Shown piece after piece: positions 16,071 to 30,279 of a stretch of 64,000 nucleotides of DNA. The notes beneath the pieces are model-generated. The model did not search any database and was not told the origin of the DNA. It worked only from the letters and a program-made list of their open reading frames with translations. How positions within the stretch are numbered: the stretch's first letter is position 1; each line of letters begins with the position of its first letter. The DNA lies in assembly GCA_964016885.1 (NCBI GenBank), contig OZ024744.1, positions 88,598,001-88,662,000 of the forward strand, in the 5' to 3' direction. The position numbers were made by a program, and so were the translations under genes. The DNA is from Eledone cirrhosa (lineage: Eukaryota).

Positions 16071-17850
16071 AATATAAGATCAAAAGATGGTTAAAAGAGT
16101 TCCAAGTATTTTATTATGCGCATTTCAAAAACAAATATCATCATGAGATGATATCTGCGTTTTCATCAGATAAAATAGGGATACATGAAGGTTAAAAAAC
16201 ACTTGTGAATAGTGAAGTTTTAAATCAACATATGAAAAATAATGTACGTACTTCCGACGTCATTGTTAACTCTCGGCTAGATTCTCCAAACTCAAATACG
16301 ACGTCAAACGTAACTTCGTTGAATGTTCATAATACCAATCTAAATCAGGAAACTATTATTCCTATCGTAAATAACTTCTCCAATCCAATTCCTCCTATAA
16401 ATAACACTAGGTCACTTGTTAATAACTCTGTTAATTTCTCTAATCGCAATTGTAATTGCCCTGTTAAAACTAAATGTCCTCTCAATAACCATTAGTCTAT
16501 GAATGTAAAGTTATAACTGATACCAATTCCTTAACCTATTTCGGTTCCACTTCCACCTCCTTCAAAGTGAGATTTTATAATCACAATTCGTCTTTTAGAT
16601 ACCAACTTAAAAGAACTAACACGGCACTCTCAGAACTCATATGGTCCCTGAAAGACAAAAATATTAACTATAACATCTCGTGGAGGAAAGTTTGTTCTGC
16701 CTCTCCCTACTTGAATGCCTCCCTATCCAGAACGTGCAATCTTTGCCTATCTGAGAAAATTACCATTATATCTAATTTAGATTCTATAATAAATAGACGC
16801 ACTGATTTATTTTCTCTCTGCTTGCATAAATTCGACACAACATTCCATAAAGTATACAGCTAATATCTAATACTTTACTATTTTAAAATCCTTTTCTCAA
16901 AGGCTTATATATTCTCTTTTACTCTTTTACCTGTTTCAGCCATCCGGCTGAGGCCATGCTGGGGCACCACCCTATATATACTTTTTTTTTAAATATACCC
17001 ATTTTTGTAACTTATTTCAATATTATTTATTATATATTATATAATACAAGTTACTCATTCTATATCATTCCTCTTTATCACTTTCCTTTCTTCCTCTTTT
17101 CTTTTTTCTTTTTAATTTCTAATCTATACTTTTTCTTCCTAAATACTTCTCAATTCTTATTATTACTCAACATATCCACTCTTCCATCTTTCTTCATATC
17201 ATTGGCCGTAAAAATTATTATTATCTTTTAAATTTATTATAGTATTACCTTTAATAGTCCTTCGTAAACATAAACATTTTTTGACGTTAGATTTTTCTTC
17301 CTTAATTCTTTATCTCTTCCTTTCATGCTCGTTTGACTTTTACATATTACATATTACAATACATAAAAACAAAGTTAAACCCTAACTAATTTCCTTTAAT
17401 ATATTATATTATTACCATTAGAAAATATTTTGTAACCATATATAGTTTGATGTTAGATATTTTCTTCCTTAAACATTCTTTTCTTCTTTGCTTTCTGCGC
17501 TCATTTTTAAACAAACTATTTACATATATTACGCACACATATTACATAAAAACAAGCTTAAACATTAACTAATTCCTCTAAATTCATAACTCATCCACTC
17601 TTATACTTCTTTTCACATTATATCCTTAATGACATTAATATTTTAATTTTAATAATACATATTAACAATTTCTTTTATTCGCACATCTTATTAAACCCTT
17701 CCATATACAAACCTTAATTTAATATTATTCTTAACCCCTTTTTCTCTTCCTCAACTTCTAATTTCAAATTCTTTTACATTATCTATTATCTTCCAACGGC
17801 TTGTTAACTTCTCTCTGTGAGACAATATATATTTTTCTCAGTTGTAAAGG

Positions 17851-17926
<76 letters not shown>

Positions 17927-18303
17927 CCCATCTCTCCTCCTCTCTCATCCTTCCTTCTTATACTCCTCCCCCACCATTCTTTACTCTCATCTCCTCCTCT
18001 TTCTTACCCTCACTTTTTCCCAATCTCACACATCAATCTTAAATTATTTTTCATATGTTGATTTAAAACTTCACTATTCACAAGTGTTTTTTAACCTTCA
18101 TGTATCCCTATTTTATCTGATAAAAACGTAGATATCATCTCATGATGATATTTGTTTTTGAAATGCGCATAATATAATACTTGGAACTCTTTTACCCATC
18201 TTTTGATCTTATATTTTTTATACTCCAGTCCTATAAACTGTAGAGTGGTACTTATCCGATATTTGAATTTCTTTATTGTGCTACAATAAAACTCACATCC
18301 TAC

Positions 18304-18305
<2 letters not shown>
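16071..18305 (+). mobile_element. 5'-truncated Naiad-like PLE with inverted 5' pLTR (16071-16230) and 3' pLTR (18050-18305)
   Basis: CNCPVKTKCPL, YFGST..FKVRFYNH, T.LSELIW.LK, CNLCLSEK; pLTR hammerheads at ~16110-16176 (-) and ~18110-18178 (+, core mutated to CTGATAA); (TA)n flanks. Confidence 0.85.
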
Positions 18306-18343
<38 letters not shown>

Positions 18344-18370
18344 GGAGAGAGAGAGAGATAGAGAGAGAGA

Positions 18371-18450
<80 letters not shown>

Positions 18451-18658
18451 AAACATAACGGGCGCTCAATATCAAAATTACTTTTGAAAAGCATTAGAAA
18501 TGCGCAACCGGTAAAAACTTAAATCTAAAACTGAATACTAACCAATACTTATTACTAATTTATACTTATTCCTAATTAAACTATTTTTCACTGGGAAAAA
18601 TTTGTCACCATTTTCTTTTCCTTTTACAAATATATCACAACTTCTGTCTATTCTTTTA

Positions 18659-18718
<60 letters not shown>

Positions 18719-18785
18719 ATTCCGGGTTGAATCGGAGGTAGGTAACCACAGTAAGTAAGATACTCAATACATAGCAGAGTATAAA

Positions 18786-18908
18786 AGTTTTAATATAGAT
18801 GAGATTCTACAGGACTAGAACTGTTTCATTCTTTATAAATCATCATCTGATGATTTCTAAAGAATGAAACAGTTCTGGTCCTGTAGAATCTCATCTATAT
18901 TAAAACTA
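18786..18908. repeat. Fold-back palindrome of a pLTR tail with a hammerhead-like core
   Basis: Arms mirror about ~18847; CTGATGA TTTCT-AA-AGAAT GAAA CAGTTCTG GTC. Confidence 0.65.
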
Positions 18909-18923
18909 TATATATATACATAC

Positions 18924-19750
<827 letters not shown>

Positions 19751-19751
<1 letters not shown>

Positions 19752-20016
19752 TTTTCCGCTGATCGGTCAGAACTTCAAACTTGTTTCACAAAGGATGGTA
19801 TAATAGTGAAATAATTAATTAGTAGTGAGTTAATTAATTTTCTGTATTTATCAATAGGTACCCAGATAAATTAAGTAACTTCGCCTCAGAAAAATATCTA
19901 AGGTCTGGTTAACGTAGCGAAAATACACGAGGTTTTGCACACGACTTATTCCAGTCCTCTAACCTCCTTTGTGAAACATGTTTAAAGTTTGAAGTTCTGA
20001 CCGATCTGCGGAAAAA
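19751..20016. repeat. Inverted repeat pair, probably an inverted pLTR tail
   Basis: TTTTTCCGCTGATCGGTCAGAACTTCAAAC..TTTCACAAAGG mirrored at 19966-20016. Confidence 0.6.
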
Positions 20017-20274
20017 GTTTGTATTTTGAAATTTAAACGTGTCTAGGTACCAAGGCCTTTTGCCCATATGGGTTTGTGAGTATTGATTTATTATTTTTTA
20101 GATCGTACAGGCAAACTATATGTATTTGAATTAAGATATTTCATTCTAACGATTTTATTAGTCAATTGCAACTAAAACATGTAAATGTTTATCAAATATT
20201 AATTTAAAGCGATTCTTAGAGCTGAAATAATTGTAAATGACCCCATTGAGTGTAAACTCTAAGTTATATTATAT

Positions 20275-20306
<32 letters not shown>

Positions 20307-20410
20307 TAAAATAACATTAAAGTTTAAGCAAAGAATCGCATTATATATATATATATACTACTGTAGATGTTTGGTAGATTTATCTACATATATATATATA
20401 TATATATATA

Positions 20411-20496
<86 letters not shown>

Positions 20497-20502
<6 letters not shown>

Positions 20503-22340
20503 AATCTACCAAAAATATACGGTAGTGTCCAATCCGTATGAAGAACTCAATGTAATCCAAATATCATGAAAAGAGATGTATTCAAAAATTTTTCGATGAA
20601 AATCACAGGAAAACAGAGTCAAGATAAATTAATAAAAACAATGAATAAAAACAAAGAAACAGTTCCTTATATTAAAAAATTCATCATTTTACGATCGTTT
20701 CTAGGATATATATATGTGTGTTGGTATGTATATCATATAGATCTATGTAAAAATGTTACAAACTATCACCGGGAATATACATACCTACACATATATATGC
20801 TGTCTTCAGAAATAATTATATTTGTTTATTGAAAAAAAAAACAACAAAGATTTAATATAATAGGTCTGTTTGGGAACAGGTTTTGAATTGACCAATAGAA
20901 AAGTAGTAAGTGGTCAAATTGATAGAATAGTAGTAGTAGAAATTTAATTTAGGTGTAGAGGAATGCAGACTTCAGTTTTGAATGGAAAGAATACTTTGAA
21001 TGAAAAGATTACTTTGGGGATGAAAGGAGATCAAGCCGGTGAAAGGTACACGAAAATTTGAAGTTATTAAAGAATAATGCTAATGTTAAAATCGAAGGAG
21101 AATAACATTTTAGGGTAAATGTGTAAGTGAGAAATACAAATCTTATTTAAAACACCAGGAATTTAGATCTATAACAAGAAATTAAATTAATTTAATTGAT
21201 AGGTATACTTATAGGGATAAATTTATATTAATTCATATAGATGTGATAAATAAGAGTTAGATGTTATTAAAGAATGTTGTTAAAAACGACGGAAAAACAT
21301 TTTTTGGGATAAATGTATAGACTACAAGGAATTTAGATTCATAACAGGAAATTAAAATAGTTTATATGTATACTTATAGGTATTAATTTTAGGAAAAGAG
21401 AGCTGTAAAAGGGAAATAAAAGTATGAAGTTCTCAGTAGTAAAATACTAATTATAGGTTAACTAAATAAAAACAAAAAAAAACTAATTATAATAATTTGT
21501 AAAATATAAGTGTTTTATTAATTAGGTTTATAATATTTCAAAGTTCTTCTAATTCTATGATTACACGATATAATTAATTCTTGTCGCTTATTTCATTATT
21601 TCAAAAAGTTCCTGGGATCTACACTCATATCTGTTATTTTGATAAGGGGTGGCTCTTTGAGCACACTCCAGGTCAGCTTATAATTGATATTCTTTTTTTC
21701 TATAATTATTAATTATTTCAGCCAAGGGTGTTGTATTAGCTAATGCGGCATTTTTAAAACTATGTTTGTGGGTATTAAATCTTACTTTAAATTGGTTAGA
21801 AGTAGCTCCTATATATGAATAAGTTGAGTCCTTAGTGCTAATTTTACATTTATATACTATGTTATTAATAAGACAATTTTGCTTTAATGGGCAATTTGCT
21901 TTGTTTCTACAGTTACAACCATTCGTGAATATGATATCAGGGGAGTTAGTCAAATTTGGTGTGGAATTTACTCGACATGTTATATGTGAAGGAGATGGTG
22001 GTTTGTTACGGTTTATTTTTGTATTATGGTTAGTTTGATGTGTTGGTGGTATATTCATGGTTTTTTTTACATTTATATGCATTGTAGACACTTATATTTT
22101 GTTGTATATTTTTGGTAGTGGAGTAGTAAAATTTAACCGTTGATCCATTTAAAATTTGATGGTATTTATGGTTTGGCGGGAAGTTTTTCTCTAGGATAGT
22201 AAATAATTTTTTTAGGGATATTATCTTTAATTTGTAGATTACATGGAGCATTATACCAAGTAACTCGTCTATTACGGTTTCGATGTTGTTTTTTATATTT
22301 ATACGATGTATCAGGATGTTTACTTAGAGAGTTAGTATTA
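20497..22340 (-). mobile_element. 5'-truncated Naiad-like PLE with 3' UTR and pLTR
   Basis: RRVTWYNAP, FPPNHKYHQI, CNCRNKANCPL..IVYKC..YIGAT..FKVRFNTH; hammerhead halves at ~20683-20703 and ~20803-20816. Confidence 0.85.
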
Positions 22341-22383
22341 GTGAATTTATTATACATATGTTTAGTTAGATTAATATATATAT

Positions 22384-22968
22384 ATGAGGGACTAATTTTA
22401 TAATATGTAACCCACGCAGTATTCCTCTTCCCTTGTTTTTCATACATATTTACCTAGACTGCGATTATCTGTTTCTCTCTTTCTCTCTTACTGCTCACCC
22501 GTTCTCTCTGTTTCTCTTACCTTCTTTCGCCCCCTCTGTCAGTTACACTTTCTCTCGACTGACCTCTTCCTCGCACTTCCACTCACTCACTCTCTGTTTC
22601 TCCCCTTCTCACTTCCTCCCGTTCGTTAGTAGTGGGGTTCCTTCTTTCTCACACCTCATTCACGGCGTACGGTCTGTTTTTCTGACCGCTCATTAAATTC
22701 ACCCAGCTTATGCTGACCGGATAACCATCATGTTGCTTGCTGTTTTTCCGACCTTCGGTTTGCTTTTCCTTCTTGTTGTTTACTTGTCTCACTCGCTTTA
22801 CGCGATTCACTTGTCCCAATAAATTATTTTAGTTATTGTCGCACCAACCTGAGGTATCTGATTTTTAATGCGATGAAATACCAATGATGGTTGGCAAATC
22901 ACTGATGAGGGACTAATTTTATAATATGTAACCCATGTGCAACCACGCAGTATTCCTCTTCCCTTGTT

Positions 22969-22975
<7 letters not shown>
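22384..22975. repeat. ~520-bp non-coding unit with terminal direct repeats; relative at 42345-42960
   Basis: ATGAGGGACTAATTTT..CACGCAGTATTCCTCTTCCCTTGTTTTTCATA at both ends; shared CT-rich body. Confidence 0.8.
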
Positions 22976-22999
<24 letters not shown>

Positions 23000-23050
23000 G
23001 ATATAGATAGGTAAATATACACGGGTGTGTATGATTGTGTATAGAAGATT

Positions 23051-23442
23051 ATATTAATAAGAGGAATTCCAACTTTGTCTGATTTACTCGTTTTATTTAC
23101 AATCCTTTAAAATATATATAATGGTATTATAATGAAATAGTATGATAGAATATTAAATTCTAAGTGTTAATTGAACAAGTACTTTCATGTTTTCGCAATC
23201 TTCAGGTTCATGATATGTGGTGACAGTCGAGTTTACAATTTTCACAGTTGAAAATTGTAAACTCGACTGTCACCACATATCATGAACCTGAAGATTGCGA
23301 AAGCATGAAAGTACTTGTTCAATTAACACTTAGAATTTAATATTCTATCATACTATTTCATTATAATACCATTATATATATTTTAAAGGATTGTAAATAA
23401 AACGAGTAAATCAGACAAAGTTGGAATTCCTCTTATTAATAT
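23051..23442. repeat. Near-perfect ~390-bp palindrome of a hammerhead-bearing pLTR
   Basis: Arms mirror about ~23246; HHR tgaac CTGAAGA TTGC-GAAA-GCAT GAAA GTAC TT gttca at 23283-23321 (+) and its mirror copy. Confidence 0.9.
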
Positions 23443-23544
23443 ATATATATATATATACATTATAAACTGTGTACCTAAAACGTTATAACAGATTATAAAA
23501 CTTTAATAATTTTTATTTTTTAATTCTTTTATGATATGATTAAT

Positions 23545-23725
23545 TGTTTCTACTTTTGGCACAAGGCCAGCAATTATCCCAGTACATTACTGGTACTTTA
23601 TTTTATCGACCCCGTAAGGATGAAAGGCAAAGTTAACCTCGGCGGGAATTGAACTCAGATAGTAAAGGGGCGTAACTATGCTGGAAAGCATATCCGACCC
23701 TCTACCGGTACTGCCAATTCACCGC
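23545..23725 (-). mobile_element. Full-length SINE with 20-bp target-site duplication
   Basis: TCTTTTATGATATGATTAAT at 23525-23544 and 23726-23745. Confidence 0.9.
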
Positions 23726-25673
23726 TCTTTTATGATATGATTAATGTTAGATTAAAGGGTCCTATTTAGGTATATAAACATATTTTTGGTTAACATGATC
23801 TCTTGAGGAATGTGCATACCTTTTGATTGTTAAGATATATTTAATTTTTGACTGGGATTCTTGTATATATCTTTTTAAATTTATGGCTTATACGGTTAAC
23901 AATTATAATGTACCGTAAATCATTCATGCATTTATGTTTTTTGTATATTTACCTATCTAGAGTATGTTTTACAATTCAGGAAGTTTTGATTTCTATATTT
24001 TTATTTATATATATTTACGGTATATACATCACACACGATACCAGTCGTCAATCTTTTTTCCACTTATCTTGATGTAAAACTTAAATTATAACATTACTAA
24101 CAATGATTGTACTGTTTATTTATTATATCTATATCGATCACTATTATCTAGAATACTCTATTTATGTTTGAATAAATCTGTATATCTAGTATAATAACAT
24201 GCCTCTAATTGCATTTATAAGTACTTTAAATACTTTAATGACTTTCTAATGTTATAATCGTTAAATATTGTTTTAATATTTTCTAATTTCTCTAAGTTAT
24301 ATAACGATTATTATTGATAAGTATTTTAGATACTTTAATTATCTTCTAGTGTTAGAATCGTTAAATATGTTCTAAATATTTTCTAAATTTTCTAAGTTAT
24401 ATAATGTTTTTATTTTATTTTATTTTATTAAATTTTGCTTACCTTCGGGTCAATGAAATCCTTAGGCTTTCTCTTTCTCATGTTTGCAGACACATTATGC
24501 TACTATATAAATTTATAAAGAAAATCTAAGATCGCAGACAATTCATTTTTTTTACTGTGAAACGTATTCTTATCCGTATGATTCAAGAAGTTTGACTTGT
24601 ATATTTATAGTATATATGTGTTACATGACCTTATTATAATAATTGATCTAAAACCTTAATTTTTAACAATATTACCAGTAACTTATTTATTATATTATAT
24701 TATCTTATATATATATGATAGCTATCATCTTAATCTTTACACAATATAATCTTTGTTTATATATAGACAAATGCATATATCTAATTTAATAATAAATTTT
24801 TTTTAAAGTTTAATTATAAGGCCTTTTGATGCTTTAAGGCATTCTAATTGTTAATCTGATTTTTTTTTTATTATTTATTTATTTTTTAAAATTATATCAT
24901 CAATATAATCATTAAATATATTGTAATAAAATTATTAAGTTTTACCGTCGAGAGGATGAAAAATAGCATGTTTTTTCTCTCATATTTACAATTAGTTTAA
25001 ATATGAATTCATAAAATATGATTTTATAAATTAAATATGATAGTATACTTTAATATTAATACAGATATTTATAAATTGTTATAGCCTGAAATATTATACA
25101 CTTTAATTAATTCATTACTCTGAACTAACTTAAAAGATTTGAAAGTTAACGGTCAACCGGACACATTTGGATAGTATATATAACTAATTAACTGAGGAAA
25201 TTAACCCTTATTGATTATACCCAGTAATATTTAGGATTTAGATTGATGATTATTTCTAGATAATTCAATAATTCAATGATTCGAGTTTACTCTATCGTAT
25301 ACCTATGCCCAATTGTATAGTTGTGTATAGTCCCTATAATTATAATTATAATTATTCCTCTTTGTCTCCGTTTCCTTGATCAATTTCCTTTGCTCTCTAT
25401 ACCTCTTCTAGCTATATTTTCCCCTCATATGTTTTCTCTCTCTCTTTTCTTTCCTCTTTCTTCAATAATTATTTGAATCTCTAACAGTTATGTAAATTAC
25501 TGTTATGTTTTTTTAAACTTTCTTACACGCACTCTCTGTATTATATGTATTATATGTAGGTTTTTTTCATGTATCAATCTTAAGGTATATAAATATTGAG
25601 TTTTGTCATATCTTACTCACTACCATGACTGAATCTTAACCATCTACTATGTCAGGGTATGTCATGCATCATC

Positions 25674-25742
25674 TTATTTTATCTGATGAGGACGTACTGT
25701 TGAAGTTAGCTCAGCACCTCTGAAATATGTATAATAAAATAT
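25674..25742 (+). ncRNA. Degenerate hammerhead at the end of a ~2-kb AT-rich, probable PLE 3' region
   Basis: tattttat CTGATGA GG...CCTCT GAAA TATGTA TA ataaaata. Confidence 0.5.
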
Positions 25743-25799
25743 ACTTGATCACAATGAAGTTCTATTTTTGTTAATATTTTGAATGAATATATATATATA

Positions 25800-26380
25800 T
25801 ATTGTTATACTTTGGGAGGGTCATGTTGCCAATAAGAAACACACGCACCAGTTGCTTTCACTTCAATTTATTATAATAAATTTATAATAAATTTATAAAT
25901 TTCTGGTTGGTTGGTTGGTTCCACAACCTGATAGTTGTTTATATATAGTCATAGTTCTTTCGTCACACACTCTGTGACCTCTTCAGTGACTGGGGATTCC
26001 TTTCTTTGTTTCTGTGCCTCTCCTTTGTTCTGTCCTACGCCATTTTGTTTGTGTGTGTGTGTTGTGTGCTCAGTATGCGCATGCGCCACATCCGGGTGTC
26101 TGTGTGTGTTTATGTTCATTTATTTATTTGTTTATTTACATTTTACTGGTTGGTTGTTTGTTCTATGTGTATGTGTGTTTTCATTTTGTCCTTAATTGTA
26201 AGTTGTGATGTTGCTGTTCCACTCATATTTTCTATTTAATTTTGGTTGTAATTCTTTTATGTTTATTGCCTCTGTAATTCGTCTAAACATTGCGTCTTTT
26301 CTGTGTGTAGAATTGAAGTGAATGCAACTGGTGCGTGTGTTTCTTATTGGCAACATGACCTTTCCAAAGTATAACAATAT
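25800..26380 (-). mobile_element. PLE 3' end and pLTR (same family as 39020-40080) with an inverted tail copy at 26311-26379
   Basis: DAMFRRITEAINIKELQPKLNRKYEW; HHR agtca CTGAAGA GGTCACA..TGTGAC GAAA GAAC TA tgact at 25947-25991. Confidence 0.8.
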
Positions 26381-26432
26381 CGGTTTCAACACACGATTTC
26401 AGATAAAGAATCTTGCTAAACAAATTCAGAAA

Positions 26433-26467
<35 letters not shown>

Positions 26468-26492
26468 TGTAATAAACAACATAAGATAATTA

Positions 26493-26553
26493 TTTCATTT
26501 ACCGGTGGTTTCTTGAAAGCAAGCAAAATTTGCTTTCAGTCATCTGAATGAAA
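26493..26553 (-). ncRNA. Hammerhead motif with one core mutation (CAGATGA)
   Basis: ttcatt CAGATGA CTGAAAGCAA..TTGCTTTCAA GAAA CCACCGG TA aatgaa. Confidence 0.6.
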
Positions 26554-26725
26554 AAATCGTGGTGTATTTATTGCCAGTGGATTTTAAAAACAAAAATATA
26601 ATCTATATGAAAGTGAGGCTGGAAAAGGAAGAAGGAAAGGAAAAAGAATAAATATAAAAGTAGATAAAGACACATGCACACACACACGTGCACACACACA
26701 CACACATATATACATACACACACAC

Positions 26726-26784
<59 letters not shown>

Positions 26785-26904
26785 CACACATATATACACA
26801 TACATACACATATATTCCCCACCACCACCCCACTCTCCAGAGCGTGAAATTAATAAACATTCGTTGTACTGCCACTCTGTTTTGTTCCTGTTCAAATTTT
26901 CCAT

Positions 26905-26969
<65 letters not shown>

Positions 26970-27001
26970 ATACATATACATACACATAAATACACAAACA
27001 G

Positions 27002-27030
<29 letters not shown>

Positions 27031-27032
<2 letters not shown>

Positions 27033-28460
27033 ATGGAAAAATTTGAACAGGGACAAAACAGTTTATTAATTTCACGCTCTGGAGAGTGGGGGGTAGGTGG
27101 GGGACGACGTTTCGGGCATAAGCCCTTCCTCAGGTGAGAAGTGTGTGGGAACAGAGTTCAAAAGGTGTGTAGGGGAGTGGTGGAGAGACATATAGCGAAA
27201 GGAAACGGTGCGAATGAAAAATTAACAAATAAAGATAAAACATAAAAATAAAGCATGATCAAAATACAAGGAATGAGAAAATTTAAAAATAAAGGCATGA
27301 TCAAAATAAACTGAAATTAAAAGGGGGGTAAACAGGTGGTGGAAGGGTGTGGGGTGAGTAGGGGTGGTGGCGGATGGAGTGGGGAGAGGGAGACGGGGTG
27401 TCCGAGCGGAGAGGGCTGAAGGTGGTGTGTGTGTGTAGGTGTGCGTGTGTGTGTGTGTGTGTGTATGTGAAAGTAAGGGTTGGGGGAAGAACGGGGTTGC
27501 ATGTTCAGGAAGAGGTGTGTGTGGGGGGTGTTTTTGTGGGTCCGATTGTCTTAGCGTGTGTGGATAGGGGGGTGGGGGGGAGAGGAATCAGGAGGCTGAG
27601 GGTGTAAATATGTGGTGGGAAGCACGTGTGTGTGGGGTTTAAGCGTGATGTGGGTGTGGGTGGCGTGTGGAGAAAAAAAAATGTTGGGGGTGTGTGTGTG
27701 GGTGAGTTATATAGGTGATGACGTAAGAGGATGGTTGAAAAGTTGGTAAGTTCCAAGGATTTTGGAGGATTGGTTATAAGTCAATTTCTGCGTGTGGGTA
27801 ATCCATGAAGCGGTGGTCGGAAGAGGAGAGATGTGGGGTGCGCGCGCAACAGGAAGTGGTCAGCAGTGGGAGTGCTGTGGTCTGTTGGTGCTGGGAGGTG
27901 GTCAGAAGGGCATAGCAGCAGTCGGTGGAATGGTAAGGGGGCGAGGATGGGTAGGTGTTAAAGTTGGAGTGAGGAGGGTGTGTGTGTATTAGTAGGGGTG
28001 TTAGTGGGATGAGTGAGTGTGGAGCGGGGGTGTGGGTGGAGCGGGGAGAGAAGGGTGTGTGTGGTTCTATGAAGGGAGTGTGGTGTACTGGTGTGTGTGT
28101 AGTTTGGTGAAGAGGTGTTAGTGGGTGTTAGTATACGGGAGGTGGGGAGGGGTTGAATGCAGGTGTGAGTGGGGGTTAGTGGTGGTAGTGTGTGTAGAGT
28201 TGGTGGTGTACGAGGGTGTGTGGGTACGTGTGCGTGGGGTTGGGGGGTGTTAGTGATGTTAGTTGCGTGTGGGGTGGGTGGTGTAAGTGGGTGCGTGTGC
28301 GCGTGTGATAAGGAGGGAGAGGAGGAGAAGAGGGGAGGGAAGGGATGTTAGTATGTTAGTTGGGGAAGGGTGGTCAGATGAGGGGTGGAGTGGAGGTGTT
28401 AGTATTGTTAGTGTGGGGTGGGTGGTAAAAAGGAGGGGTGTGTTAGTGGTGTTAGTGGGG
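27031..28460 (-). mobile_element. Probable PLE 3' region (C/A-rich) with a hammerhead-like core at 27103-27136
   Basis: CTGAGGA AGGGC-TTAT-GCCC GAAA CGTC GTC (stem I not evident); tail mirrored at 26829-26907. Confidence 0.45.
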
Positions 28461-28820
28461 GATATATACATATACATATATATACACACACGTACATACA
28501 CACACATACATATACACATATATACATGCATGCATTCGCACATACATATATAGATATATATACACACAACTACATATGCACACACACAATTAATTATAAG
28601 AAAAAATAAAAAAACAATGAACAAACATATACTGCAATAGGCCGTCACATAAAAATACAAAATATACGACTTAAGAAAATAAAAATGATTATAAAGTTGA
28701 CAGCGATACAGGAAAGGACACAACTAAATAAACAAACACACGTGGTAAGCAATACACAAATCTACACATACACATAGATACATATAAATATATACATACA
28801 CACACACATATACATATACA

Positions 28821-28858
<38 letters not shown>

Positions 28859-28899
28859 CGAAACATAAGTCAACTGCATGAACTCATAATCCTTAATTT

Positions 28900-28955
28900 A
28901 CTGCTGTATATATTTCGATGATAGCCATTGAATGGCTATGACCTCATCAGGCAGT
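28900..28955 (-). ncRNA. Type I hammerhead motif
   Basis: actgc CTGATGA GGTCATAGCCAT-TCA-ATGGCTATCATC GAAA TATA TA cagcagt. Confidence 0.75.
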
Positions 28956-29429
28956 TAGTCAGTTCTTAGATACGCCAGCTCTGTGTTTATAGTGTTGATG
29001 GTATCAGAGCCTTGGGACATATGAGCTTGTTAGGAATAATCTGTTGTCAGCAGGAATAGTCTTAATTCTCATTGGTCAGATTGTAGATGCTAGTAGGGTT
29101 GGTATTTGACCTCAAACAGGCAGATGGTATTGTAAAGTTCAAACCGTCAGGCAAGATGACAATAGTTCCATATGACTGATTTTCACAAAAAGCTTTCCTG
29201 GTCAGATATATATTCAATTAAGGTTAATAGTATGAAATAGATACTACAGGTCATTCTTAACTTGAGGAATTTATGTGGAGTGGTGCTACTGAAAATGATG
29301 GTTAGAGTAGAAATTTTACAAATAAAAATACTTATGTAGGTTGGCTTGCACGTACACTCACACCCACCTCCACAGATACACACACACATACAAATTGAGG
29401 AATTAATGTGGTGTGGTAATACTTTAAAT

Positions 29430-29502
29430 AATTGTTTCTACTTTTGGCACAAGGCCAGCAATTCTCCAGTACATTACTGGTAGTTTATTTTATCGACCCC
29501 GT
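29430..29502 (-). mobile_element. SINE 3' fragment
   Basis: GTTTCTACTTTTGGCACAAGGCCAGC..TTATCGACCCCG. Confidence 0.75.
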
Positions 29503-29916
29503 TTGAGTCCAATGCTTGGATAGTTTAGAAAATTTAGAAATAAAAGGCTTTTGTTGGTTGACTTGTACATACACTCACACCTACCCCCTAAGACACACAC
29601 ACATCTGCACACACAAATCCATACAGGTGTGTATATATATATGTACGCACAAGTATATATATATAAAATATATATATATATATAAAATATACATATATAT
29701 AAAATATATATATATAAAATATATATAAAATATATATATATATATAAAATATATATATATATATAAAATATATACATATATGAAATATATACACATATAA
29801 AATATACATACATATATATAAAATACATATATATATATATAATATATACATATATATACCTACATATATATAAAATACACATATATACACCTATAAAATA
29901 TATATATATACATATA

Positions 29917-29951
<35 letters not shown>

Positions 29952-29952
<1 letters not shown>

Positions 29953-30076
29953 TGAAACAAAATGAAAACGAAATTTCATTTCTCACTCTTAGTATGGCAC
30001 TTACTTAAATGTAAGTATGCATGTATACGTACATACATATATGTATACAGACGTACAGTAGCATGCACATATATAC

Positions 30077-30107
<31 letters not shown>

Positions 30108-30256
30108 TACATATGCATACAGGTACACATACATATATGCACGTATCAGTTTAGCGGCGCTAACGTCGCTTTGTTCGTTTGTAAACAAACTGAACAGCCT
30201 GAATTTATGCCATACGGTGTTAAGGCAACCACGTCACCTTTTTGTTCAACACTGAC
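29952..30256 (-). repeat. Partial monomer of the hammerhead repeat family, ending just before the ribozyme
   Basis: Matches the unit of the 43.6-49.8 kb array. Confidence 0.85.
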
Positions 30257-30279
30257 ATATATATATATATATATAAAAT

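Noticed and set aside
22395-22425. Twister-like reading on the minus strand (AATACTGC..GGTTACA)
   Set aside because: It lacks the remaining loop-4 residues and pseudoknot partners
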